64,000 nucleotides of DNA, taken from contig NC_045697.1 in the NCBI RefSeq assembly GCF_009834535.1, positions 5,458,001-5,522,000 on the forward strand, written 5' to 3'. Positions 36,411 through 47,912 of the stretch are shown one piece after another (positions within the stretch are counted from its first letter, which is position 1; each line of letters begins with the position of its first letter). Source of the stretch: Camelus ferus (taxonomy: Eukaryota). Both the position numbers and the translations under genes were made by a program. The notes beneath the pieces were generated by a model. The model was not told the origin of the DNA, made no database searches, and worked only from the letters and a program-made list of their open reading frames with translations.

Positions 36411-37339
36411 AAAATGAAACAAAGAAAACATCAGAGTCTCAGAGTCTCGGTTGTCAAGGAACATGTCACTCTGTTGGTTACTTTGAACTTTCCCAGACAA
36501 GCGGGTGAAGACAGCCATTGAACTAGATGTCCAGAGAAGAACCCGGCCTGGTTCCCATCTTCAAGAAGGTCTCTAACTAGAAGAAGGGATGGGCTGGTTT
36601 TCTGAAAATTCGTAATTTCATATGACAAGTGCTGTAACAGAGTTTTTTATAAGATGATGCCGAGGGGACAAGTGAATAACATCTTGAAGGAGGAAAAAGC
36701 TCTCAAAGGAGCAGACTCTTGGGCTTTCCTCAAGACAAGCACGTGTCCCCATTGCGAGATGTGCGCGAGAGCACACTCCATATTGGGAAACCCAGGTAGG
36801 TTGCTGTGTCCTGAGCTTTGGGTTCCAAGGAGCAGATGGGGCTGAAGGAGCAAATAGGGAGTGGCCACGAAGGACCTGGTGGCCTGGCCCCAGTGTCCCA
36901 GCAGAGACTCTCGGATGGTGGAATCCAGGCTCGAGAGGAAGGGAATGAATACTGGTAGAGGTACAATGGGCCAGACCATAGTCTTTTGCAGCCTCTACCC
37001 TAATTTACCCTCTGGGCTACCCTAGGAAAAGGTGGTTGTTGGCTAACCAGAAGCTTAATTAACCCAAATGTTTTTTTTCTGAAGCATTCTGATCATCATC
37101 TCAGCTGCAATACGAAGGAGCGGGAATTGCGGAGTCTACAGGTCACTCGTGCTGAACACTAATTCTTTCTTCCCATCGCGGACCAGCTGTGTGGCCTTGG
37201 GAAAGTCCTTCAACAGCTCAAGCCCCCCGATGCCTCCTGGTTAAAATAGAGAACCAAACTTTGTGCTCAGGGCAGGGACCAGAACACATAATCTCTCAAG
37301 AACAATGTTATTCCAAGTCTGTGACTCTGTGGTAATGAT

Positions 37340-37575
37340 GAGTAGCACAGACTCAAGGCTTGCTAGACACCAAGCGCTACTAACTGCCTTATGTGTGGAA
37401 ACCCCATCCTCACAGCAGCATTATGGGGAAATACTGTTATCAGCCCCAATTTACAGACCAGAAACCTGAAGCACAAAGAGGTTAAGTGACTCGCTTAAGG
37501 CTGGCAGACAAGAACGAGCAAAACGGGGATTTGAACTCAAGAAATCTGTCCTTAGCTTCCACGTCTTTGGCAACT
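37340..37575 (-). mobile_element. MIR SINE
   Basis: 'ccccaatttacagaccagaaacctgaagcacaaagaggttaagtgactcgcttaagg...ggatttgaactcaag'. Confidence 0.8.
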
Positions 37576-38270
37576 CTGTTTTAGTCCCTCTAGGCAAGCC
37601 AAAGATGTTTAAACATATATTTTTTACTTCTGGAGAAATTCATATAGTTGCTTAAAAATATTATTTTCCTTTTCATCCTGTTTCCCATGGAGTTTGCTCC
37701 AAAGCAAAATTCCCTTCAGGCTCATTTAATTTGGCATCAAGTATTTTATTGGTCAAGCATCCATTTTTATTAACATTTCATCTTATGAAAGTTCAGTGTA
37801 ATTGTATTGGTTACATTTTCTCACAAAATTATTTTCACAGGGAAAGAAAAAAACAGCTTAGCAGAACCATTGTGTTTGAAATCAGAAGGAGGTAAAAGCC
37901 AAAAAGACAGTCTCTCTTGCAAAGCAGCGTCCACCTTTCCTCCCTGGAGAAGGCGCCATTGGAGTTTCCCAACAGGGTCCTCATCACTGTTCAATTTAGG
38001 GTCTTAAGGTGACATCAAGAAGGATTGATTGCCATTTCAATCCTCGTATTCCATGGAAACTGTGAAATGAGAAGCAAGTATACTCAAGTTACAGAATGTC
38101 AAGCTGCTTTGAGAATCGTTAGTTTAACCCTCATCGAGAAATTGCGGTTCAGAGGCACCATGTCTTCTCCAATGTCATGCAGCCAATTAACATTAACTCT
38201 GAACTTGGGTTTTCTGGGTTTTGCTCAAGTAGTCTCCCCGCTAATCCAATCCCAGGGAAAAGAAGCTGAA

Positions 38271-38318
38271 TAAAATAAAATAAAATAAAATAAAATAAAA
38301 TAAAATAAAATAAAATAA
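38271..38318. repeat. (TAAAA)9 microsatellite
   Basis: Perfect pentamer array read directly. Confidence 0.95.
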
Positions 38319-39208
38319 GGTTTGAGGTTTGAGCTTGATTTTATCTTCAACAAAATGGTAGGATTGAATCTTAAAATGTTTCAATTATGGATAACCTATA
38401 AAAATAAAAGAGTAAGATGTCAGGGGAGAATATGAAGGGGAGAGGCTAACAAAGAGGCCGTGAAGTCTCATCAAAGAAATGACCGAGCACCAGTGTCCAT
38501 CACTGGCCAGCCTCTAGAAGCCCCTAATTTCCCAAAAGGACAACCTTACTGCAAACTTCCAATTTGCGTTGGCAAATACATTAATGTTTCAGAAAGGCAG
38601 TGTGACTATTCATTAAGAAGTTCTAGACAGCCTGTAATCCTAGCTCATAGGAAATTACGGCCCTCTTAAGCAAATCCAGGTTTGTTGTTTCAAGCCAGAG
38701 GTCTGCAACGCTCGGAGAGATATTACTGGTTTATTAAAAATTATATGGAAAGAAGGCAGGAGGCCAAGCCTGATTGTCTTCAAAGACGGTAAGCAGTTTC
38801 CATTAACCCAGGCATCAGAATAACTAAGAATTTTCACATGCTTGTGAACAAGGCGCAAAATGTTTACAACAGATCACTGAATTTAGAGAGGAGCTGGCAC
38901 TTAGCAGAAAGACATGGGAGCCCTCCATCGATGAATGTGGCAGTGCCACTTACCAGCTAGAGGCCTTGATGAAACCTTGTCACCCAGGTGAATCACCTGA
39001 GTCCACCAGGAGACAACACGGTGGACGCACTGAGTCATGGCTCCACCCCTGCTTTGCTCCTTACCTACTGTGTTATCTTGGGTTGGCCACTTCACCTGTA
39101 TGAGCCTCCATTTCTTTACCTGCAAGGTGGGCATAATGATGCAGGCACCACAGAACTATTAGAAAAAGTCAATGTCTGGAAATGCATAACGTCCTTAGCA
39201 TTATTAAC

Positions 39209-39261
<53 letters not shown>
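39209..39261. repeat. (TAT)~17 microsatellite at a MIR 3' end
   Basis: Perfect trinucleotide array after a plus-strand MIR (~39040-39200); explains the poly-Ile ORFs. Confidence 0.95.
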
Positions 39262-39263
<2 letters not shown>

Positions 39264-39689
39264 TGATCCTCAACTCTGACCACATAAGAAGTGTCCATGT
39301 TACAAGGACAAGAGATGTGGTGCATAGTTTTGGTGGAATCAGAGTTTGGAAATGTTAAAAATGGCAAAGTTTAGATCTCATCACCCAGGAAATAGGGAGC
39401 CACTGATGAAACAGAATTTTTATTAATGAAATAGCATGTAGACCCTGCATTTAAGAAAGACTGATTTGACAGGATTATGCCAAATGAACTAGAAGAGGAG
39501 AAAGACCAAATGTTGGTAGATCTGCTCAGAGGTGGCTATAGCAATGCAGGCAGGAGGGATACGTGTGGGAGGCAATCCCCAGACATCTAAAGAATCTTTG
39601 AAGGTGAAATACAGAGACACAAACAAGTAGGGGGAAAAGTAACTTTGAGAAAATAGACTATGGAGGAAAGAAGAAAGATATTGCATTCC

Positions 39690-41000
39690 AGGAAACAAGA
39701 ACAGGCTGCTATATAAAAGAGACAGTCAGGGCACCAAAGGAAAAGTTGTCTTGGAATTTTAAAATATGACAGTGCAAATGATAAAATTAAAAGTTTTGAA
39801 AGTAAATTTATGAATTTGAGAAAATTTCCCAGAACCTATAGAAAATGACAATGAGAAAAAAAGAAGAAAGAGGGAGAAAAGAAAGAAAATTAGAGTCCTG
39901 TCCAGGAAGTCTAATATATGAATAATAGAAATTACCAAAAGGGGAAAAAAAATAACAAAAACAAAATGAGAGGAAATCTTCAAAGAAATAAACTTCAAGA
40001 CCATTTTCTAGAACTGAAGGCACAAGTCTTCATGTTGAAAGGATCCACTGAGTGTCCAGCACAGTGGACATAAAGGGACTCACTGCAAGGAACACCATCA
40101 TGAGATTTCAGAACACTAGTGACAAAGAAAAGATGCTACAATCTTCCAGAAAGAAAAAAATAGACCACATGCAAATGGCAACGGTCATGACAGTGTCGGG
40201 CACTGGGCCTCTCCACCACAGCAGCCTCACATCTACAAAGCAGCAACGAAATGCCTTTTCACTCAAGAGGAAGTAACTTTTAACCCAGAATGCTCCACCC
40301 ACTTCTCTGTCAAGTGTGAGCATAGACTATCTTCAAACATCCAAAGTCTTATGAAATTTTAAATTTAAAAAATCTATCTCAGAAAGCTACATGAGAATGC
40401 ACATTTGTTTCTAGAAAAAGGAATAAATCACTTAAGGAAAAAAGGTATGGCTTATAGGAAGCCAGGATCTATCACAGGAGAGAGGCCATGGGGGTCTGGA
40501 GACCCTGATGAAGGGAGAGCCCAGAATGTAACTCTGCATTGAGCCTTAACTGGCTTGAGTCAGACATTTCCAGGAGAGGCTTCTTCTGGAAGAAAAATGT
40601 GTAGAATACCTGATACATCTGAATAGGATTTATGTACTCATAAAAATGCACAGGCAAATATTAATCTAAGAATGAAGATTAAAATGCATTGGAAACCTGG
40701 AAAGCTTCGAAGGTTGAAGGGGGTGGGGGAGGGAGAGATGAGAATGAAAGAGAACTAAACCCAATCTTCTACAGTGAAAGGCAAAACAGCAAAATCGAGA
40801 AATAGTAACAGAAGCGCATTATCTCATAAGAGGAAGGTAATTAAAAAAGAATTAAAAACAGGCAAAAGAGTTGAGAGCTGTGACCTCCGGAGAAAGAGAA
40901 GGAGGGATGGCTGGGAGGCTGCTGTTTTCCGTAGCAGCATAGGAATAATCATTTGACCCCTTACGTTGGATACATGTAAATTTTGATAAAATTAAAATTT
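39690..41000 (+). mobile_element. HAL1 / L1ME-type ORF1 and 3' region
   Basis: 'gaaaggatccactgagtgtccagcacagtgga...caccatcatgagatttcagaacactagtgacaaagaaaagatgctac'; ORF 40052 'RNTIMRFQNTSDKEKMLQSSRKKK' is ORF1p-like. Confidence 0.75.
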
Positions 41001-41329
41001 TATGAAGGAAGACGTAGGCAGCATTTTTGCAATCTTGGAAAAAACAAACAAAAGAAATCTCGTTCTTGGCTCAAGTGAAAAGCCCAGGACTAGAAAGATG
41101 GCTTTGGTTGCCACGGCAAAGAAATTTAGGTAGATACCAAAATTTTGCAAATGCATCCCAACTCCACACAAATTCACTATGTGATTTGAGGTAAGTCCCA
41201 TGAATTCTCTCAGCTCCACTTTCCCCTTGGGGCAAGGCAGGAGCTGAACTAAAGAGACACAGAATTCCCACCTGGAGCCTACATTCTGTGCCCAAGGTGC
41301 CCAGATTAGGAACACAGCTTGGCCAGGGA

Positions 41330-42050
41330 AGAGCCACACGAAGTCACATGGAGGCGTTACAGAGGAGCGACAACGCGGAAGGCCCTGCAGCTCACTCCCT
41401 CCCGCTCTGAGAGCTCGGCAAGGTCGGCAGATCCGCATTTGTGCAGAGGGATGGAAATGCAGCGGGCTCCCCCTTTCTAACAGGGCAGGTTGCTGCCTGG
41501 CTGCTCCCTGCGAACCCCACTTCCCCGTCAGCCCCAGGGCAGGGTCCCTCCCCAGAAGCCTCTCCACAATGTGTCCACCCAGGGGGAGCGTTGGTCACCG
41601 GGCGGCCACCGGCCCTGCCCTCTCTGCCCCTTCTCCGCTGGAAGCGGCCCCCTACCCGCCAGCGTCGGCTCCGCTGGGGGGCACGCGGGGCTCGGGCCGC
41701 GTGTGTTCCGCGACGCCTGTGCCGGGCGGGCGCCTCGGGCCCGAGGACCCTCCCCGGCAGAGCGAGCGTTCCCGACTCAGCCGCCAGCCGCCCGGGGTCT
41801 GCCCTCGGACGCGGAGACGCTAAAAGCAGGCTGCAGAGCCCTGCGTGACGAGTCAAAACGGAACGCCGCGCTTCGGCTATGGGCTCCTGATTGAAAATCA
41901 CCGCGTTTTAAGGGCGGCCGAGAACGTAAGTGCCTGTGGTCTTCGGCGGATCCTCTGAGAGTCTATGTTCTAAGCAGCCGCCCAGCCCCCGCGGGAAGGA
42001 AGCCGTGAGCTGGAGCTGCTCAGCCAAGAACCGTCCTTTAGACGGGGAAC
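41330..42050. promoter_or_regulatory. CpG island, candidate promoter with no coding gene attached
   Basis: Visibly high GC and CpG density. GGGCGG at 41600, 41724, 41912; CTCF-like CCGCTGGGGGGCAC 41671-41684; TGACG half-CRE 41846; donor AC|GTAAGT at 41926. Confidence 0.7.
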
Positions 42051-43514
42051 CAGAAAAGCCTTCGGCTTCTTGCAAATTCTGAACCCAGATACTCTCTGGA
42101 AGGGAAAAAACCTCTCACTGAGAGAAGGAATCCTTGTGTCCACTGAAGTCTCCTGGAAGCGGTGTTGGCCTTCTGCATGTGGCAAAAATGGCCACCGTCC
42201 CAGAACCCTCCCCACCCCACCCTCTCCCTCCTCTTTCAGAGCAAATCCATACAATCCAATAAAACAAATGAAAACCAAAGATGCCCGAGTTTAATATTTA
42301 GGGGATATAATTCAAGTGCAGCCAGTTGGACAACTTCCCTGTTAATCAGAAGAATAACAAAGTTTTTCTCCTTGTGTTCTTTGTAGAACATAAAGTTAAT
42401 ACTCTGGGGAGGCCACATGGACGTGGAAGGGGCACAGGATGCAGAATTGAAGCCGGGACTGCCTCGGACTCACTCATCTCCCAGGAAAAGACTCAAAACC
42501 AGATTTCCCCCAACCTGGATATGTATTGGAATCACTTGAGAGCCTTCTTAAGAATTCAGATTCCCAGGCCCTCTGCCTCCAGACATAAGGCCCAGCTGTC
42601 TGTCCCGTTCCCAGCCCCAGGGTCTCTCTTACCTCCAAGTGCTCTCAGAGGCATTTGCTCCTCTCCTCTCCCCATCAAGGAGTTAGGGCATCTGTAAAAC
42701 AAAACTCAGTGACCAAAGCTTTTCAAGGAGGTGGTCCATTATCTTGATTGTGGTGATGGTTTCAGAGGCATAACTTCTTATCAGATCATGCACCTTAACT
42801 ATGTCCAGTTTATTGTAAGTCAATTATCCTTCCAGAAAGCTATCTGAAAAAGTAGCTCACCGGATGGTCTGAGTGCCACTCCTGGTTCAGGCCGGCAACA
42901 TAATAACCATCTCCGAAGGAAGCAAAGGGTAGATGCATACGCAGGTCAGGATATGCAGGCTGAGCTTCGTAACCCACAGTTCCTGAAACACAGCGGCCCT
43001 GACAAGAGGGAGGCCTCTCCCTCCATCTCACGACAGCCCAGAGGAAGGCGGGCAGCCCAGGGTGGGTGGGGTTCTGCTCCACAGAGTCACGCAGGCACCC
43101 GGGTTCCTTCCCCTTGCTCTATGCCCACGTGGTGGAAGTGGACAATGGCTATCTAGGGGCCACATTCCTGCTTCTAAGAAGACTTAAAAAGAGAGAGAGA
43201 GAGAGAGAGAGAAATTGTAGAGCTAGCGAGTTCTCAGGGAAGTGCTGCGCAAGTGGCTTCCTTCCGCTCACTCTCCCCGGGTGAGAACGTGGTCGTGGGG
43301 CCGCATCTCGCTGCACGGGAAGCTGGGAGATGTACTTTCTGGCTATTAAAATGGGGGAGGAGTTTTCTGTTATTAAAGGAAGGAGAACAGTTAGCCATCT
43401 CTATCCTAGATTTGGGGGGTTGGAAGGAAAAGATATGGGAAGCACAAGTCTCAATAAATTATATTGCCACACAGTCAGTCCTCAAGCACTGCAATTTCTG
43501 TTACTATGATGACG

Positions 43515-43955
43515 GGTGCATGAGTTTCCTTGCGATGATTCACACACCTCAGACTGGGGGGCATAAGGAATAGGAAATTATTGTCTGACAGTTCGGGAGG
43601 CTGCAAGCCTGAGGTCAAGGTGCCACAGATTCGGCTCCTTCTGAGGGCTGGGAGGGCAGCTCTGTCCTGGGCCTCCCTCCCAGCTTCTGGTCACCTCAGG
43701 CACCCCTGGGCCTGCAGGCGGTGCTCCCCTTAGGTCTTCACGTCGTCTTCCCTCTGTACATGTCTCTGTCTCTCCACACGGATTTTTTAAAAATAAAGAC
43801 ACCAGTCATATTGAATTAGGGGCTCTCCCTACTCCAGTATGACTCCATCTTAACTCGCTGCAAAGACTCTATTTCCAAATAAGGTCACATTTGGAGGTCC
43901 TGGGGGTTAGGACTTCAACATATAAATTGGAAGGAGGTGCCATTCAATGCATCAC
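43515..43955 (-). mobile_element. MLT1A/B-like MaLR LTR
   Basis: 'cagttcgggaggctgcaagcctgaggtcaagg...gcaaagactctatttccaaataaggtcacatt...gggttaggacttcaacatat...attcaatgcatcaca'. Confidence 0.85.
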
Positions 43956-44892
43956 AAGCAGGAAAAGAACTGAGTTGGAAGTCGGGAAACTCGAGTTCAC
44001 GTCCCAGTCCTGCCTTGTCGATGGTCTTGGGCAATTTCCTGAGGTCTGGTCTCAGGGGCCTCCTGTGTCTTGAGGAAGCAAGCGCACCTGCTCGCAGGGC
44101 TGTGCGAGGGACACCTGAAACTTGTCAGCCAAGGCCCCGAGCAAACTGGGAAGGACCGGGCTGGCTCTGCCTCCCACCCTCCCCGACTGAAAGGTGGGCT
44201 CCCTGGGGACGTGGAACTCTGTCACGAGCTGTCTTCCTGTCTGGAGTGCCTTCTTTTTTGGATTAAACTTCGTGGAGGAGTCTCCACACTGCTTTGTCAG
44301 AAGGGGCCTCAGAGAGAAATGCTACCAAGAGCAAAATACCTTCAATTCCCTTAAAGGAAAGAAAAATCCCTTTTGGTCCACAGATGGGTAATTGTATTCA
44401 CTGTTTCCAAATGTCAGGATGCCGGCCTGGGCCAGCTTTCCACTGAGATCAAACAGGCTCCCCGGGTCTCCTTTCTGCTGATGTGGGCGTGCGTTTATCC
44501 ATGGTGTTAAAAGCTGATTCCTGAGCCCAGTGGGCTGGGCGGACTGTGCCAATCACACAGCAAAGAGATGGGGCATCAATCCTCCTCCAGGGTCAGACCT
44601 CAGGAAGACACGCCCCACTCCAGGGGAAACTCTCACTTCCCAGAACCTACAGTCTATGCTGCCCGACATTCAGAAACAAAATTGGAGCACCCCTGGGCCA
44701 AGGCTAAGGATGTGCTGAAGTGCTCATCAGATTTGCCATTTATAAATGTATCAAATCCACACGTTATATGCCTTAAACTCACACAGTGTTATAAGTCAGT
44801 TATATCTTAATATTAAAAAAAATTCTGGAACATCACATGAAAATAATAAGACAAGTGAGGTTTTCCAGTCTAGGTTTAAAATTTTGTGATTA

Positions 44893-45677
44893 CAGTGGTC
44901 AGAATGGCTATCACTAAAAACTCCACAAATGATAAATGCTGGAGAGGATGTGGAGAAAAGGGAACCCTCCTACACTGCTGGTGGGAATGTAAATTGGTGC
45001 AGCCACTATGGACAACAGTATGGAGATTCCTTAAAAAACTAAAAATAGACTTACCATATGATCCAGCAATGCCACTCCTGGGCATATACCTGGAGAAAAC
45101 TCTAATTCCAAAAGATACGTGCACCCCAGTGTTCATAGCAGCACTATTTACAGTAGCCAAGACATGGAAGCAACCTAAATGTCCACTGACAGATAACTAG
45201 TTAAAGAAGTTGTGGTATATTTATACAATGAAATACTACTCAGCCATAAAAAAGAATGAAATAATGCCATTTGCAGCAGCATGGATGGACCTAAAGATGA
45301 TCATACTAAGTGAAGTAAGGCAGACAGAGACAAATATTATATTACATCACTTATGTGTGGAATCTAAAAAAATGGACACAAATGAACTTACTTACAAAAA
45401 AGAAAGAGACTCACAGACAAAGAAAACAAACTTATGGTTACCAAAAAGGATGGAGGGGGAAGGGTTTGGGATTTGCAGATAATAACTACTGTATATAAAA
45501 TAGATAAAAAACAAGATCCTACTGTGTAGAACAGGGAACTGTACTCAATGTCTTATAATAATCTATAATGAAAAAATATGAAAAGGAATATATAGAAGTA
45601 TAGAACTGAATCACTCTGCTGTACACCAGAAACTAATGTAATATTGTGAATCAACTATACTTCAATTTTAAAAAAGT
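44893..45677 (+). mobile_element. 5'-truncated young L1 (ORF2 C-terminal Cys-rich region and 3' UTR)
   Basis: Translation '[26 protein letters not shown]...[11 protein letters not shown]...WKQPKCP' then a stop and 'WYIYTMKYYSAIKKNEIMPFAAAWMDL'. TSD core ttttgtgatta at 44882-44892 and 45678-45688. Confidence 0.95.
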
Positions 45678-46147
45678 TTTTGTGATTAAAGGCCAGACTA
45701 AGTCTTATCATGAATTGATATTTGTTGGTGTTTTTAGAAATTAAGTTAGTAACCTAGTGTGGATGGAAGATGTGCCCTCAGTCACATCGCTGGAGGGTGT
45801 GGGACTGGGTACAAACCTCCCTTTTCCCACGACATCCTGGGAATGTGCTAGCAAAGCCTGAAGCAGTGCCTGTAAGATAAGGAAGGAATCAGACAAGTTT
45901 ACATCAAAGATGGTCCACATGACGCTATTTGAAATAGCAAAGAATGCAAACAACCTAACCATTCAAGGGTAGCCTGCAGCTTGCCCCCTGGACCCCTCGG
46001 GTCTCAGCTCCAGCTTTAGTTCATCTGGGAAGCCTCCTGGACACCCCCTCATCCTCTCCTGTTCCCTCCGCACCTCTCCCACATTGCCACTATGATAACT
46101 GTTTGCATTATGATCCTTTATCTGGTCTGTTTCTCTTTTAAGTACAC

Positions 46148-46323
46148 CAGAGTTTGGCAAACCAAGGTGGGCCAGCCTGCCACCTGTTTTGTAAATAAAA
46201 TATTTAGGGACACAGCCACATCCATGATTCACATATTGTCTACAGCAACTTTCACAAAATAGACCATGTGACCCCCAAATATTTACTATGTGTCCCATTG
46301 CAGAGAAAGCTTCCCAAACTCTG
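46148..46323. mobile_element. MER58-like hAT MITE
   Basis: Perfect 10-bp terminal inverted repeat cagagtttgg/ccaaactctg; internal 'tgttttgtaaataaaatatttagggacacagccac'. Confidence 0.85.
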
Positions 46324-46460
46324 AACTATTCCATGCACCCTTTGAAGAAAGAAAAAGTCATTCATTTTTGCATCCTGTGAGGCATGTGGGCTGCCAGGCA
46401 CACAGTAGGTGCTTCATGAATGTTGGCTGAGTTGACTGATGAACCTGAGCCACCAAGCAG

Positions 46461-46645
46461 GCAGAAGTTCTCACACTCGTCTGTGCATCCTGATCACCTT
46501 GGGCATTTGTTAAAATGCAGGTTCCCAGGCCAAATGCCCTCACGTCTGATTGGATGGTTCTGGGGTAAAACTAGGGAATCTGCATGTTATTAATTACACA
46601 TTCCCAAGGTGACGCTGATGTTGACAGACCTTACGTGAGCCCTGT
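46461..46645. mobile_element. MER5A-like hAT MITE
   Basis: 'atcaccttgggcatttgttaaaatgcaggttcccaggcc...gggaatctgcatg...cccaaggtgacgctgatg'. Confidence 0.75.
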
Positions 46646-46779
46646 TGGGAGACACAGTGACATAGGGGATAGGGAATGTTTCTAGCCATTCGCTGGACTA
46701 GCTAACCCTCCAGCTACAGGCTGGGGAAAACATATGAAGTTTAATTTAAATGCAGAGCTAAGCTCAAAAAAACACATAA

Positions 46780-47420
46780 AGGAATTTCTAGGGCTCCAAG
46801 AAGGGGTTGGGGACTGACCACCAGAACAATTGCACGGGTGACCCGTGCCAGCCTGGGTGGGGGGAGGCGCAAAGTTGGCGTAACTTAGAGGCTGGGTGTT
46901 AGTGGGCTAAATGGGGCTGAGAGACGAGGCTGTAGGTCTATGCATGATGGAGAGTTAAAACTGAGGACCCCACCAGGAAGCAGGGACCCTCAACAGACTC
47001 TAATTTCAGTGATTCAGTGAAGGATGGATTAGAAAAATCCTCCACCAGCCCCGGGAGCTGACCAACAAGCTAGTCTCTCTCAACCATGTTGTCCCTTAAG
47101 AACTCATTCCCATGGCTTATCTGTGTTCAGACTTGGTGTTAGCAGTTACACTCCCCACATAGTTGAAGAACGCTCAGGCAGCAAAATTAACCTAAGAGGC
47201 CAGGTTAACTAGGATCATGAATCAATATTTGTTGTTTGTTTTAGAAATTAAGTTAGCAGCCCAGTGATGATGAGGTGCCTGGAGGACACATGTGCAAAAA
47301 TCTCCTTGAAAGTGCAACCCTCGACTCCAGCTGCAAAGCTTGCCCACCAAAAATTAGCTCACACACCACAATCACAAAACAAAGAACATGAGTCGGCAGC
47401 CATAGCCAAATGCTAATAAT
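46780..47420 (+). mobile_element. Probable old L1ME/HAL1 5' region
   Basis: 'ggattagaaaaatcctccacc', 'aaattaacctaa', 'aattagctcacacaccacaatcacaaaac' resemble recalled HAL1/L1ME 5' sequence; heavily diverged. Confidence 0.5.
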
Positions 47421-47439
47421 AGAACTACCATATTCCGCT

Positions 47440-47912
47440 GTTTCTCACCACCTTCCCGACACCACCTCCTCTAAGTGGGGTTCCTGCTTCTGCCCTGTCC
47501 TCACTGAAGTACATTGTTGACCCTGACGATCAGAGTGAGCTTGATAAAACATCATCTGATCACATCCCCCGTGACTCAGAATCCTCCTGTGTGTCTTCAT
47601 CTCACACAGTGAAAGCTGTGAGGCTTAATGTCCCCCGGCCCCTCACCGCCTTTGAGAGCTCACCTTCGATACCCCTACCCATCCCCCACTCTATACCCGA
47701 GAGCATCCTGTGTCCCCCAAACACACCCAAACTACCCCTGTATTCTCTGTTTTACTTATTCTGTTTGTTTGTTGTCTGTCTTCACTATTATATTGTAAGC
47801 ACAAGACTGGGGTTTTGTCTGTTTTGTTCCTCCCTGTGTCCCTGGTGCTTAAAATAGTGCCTGAAACATACTAGGTGCTCAACATGTGTTGAAGGAAGGA
47901 ATGAATGAATGA
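47440..47912 (+). mobile_element. L2 LINE 3' end
   Basis: Ends 'aatagtgcctgaaacatactaggtgctcaacatgtgttgaaggaaggaatgaatgaatg'. Confidence 0.8.

Noticed and set aside
38271..38318. CRISPR-like or other spaced repeat arrays
   Set aside because: All arrays seen are simple microsatellites with no unique spacers; the sequence is mammalian.
38988..39367. Poly-isoleucine membrane-like ORFs on both strands
   Set aside because: Translation of the (TAT)n microsatellite.
41188..41196. Perfect splice donor GAG|GTAAGT
   Set aside because: Lies in a decayed MIR core with no clear upstream acceptor; likely chance.
44886..45482. ORFs with a Cys-rich motif
   Set aside because: C-terminus of L1 ORF2 in a truncated copy with an in-frame stop; not a host gene.
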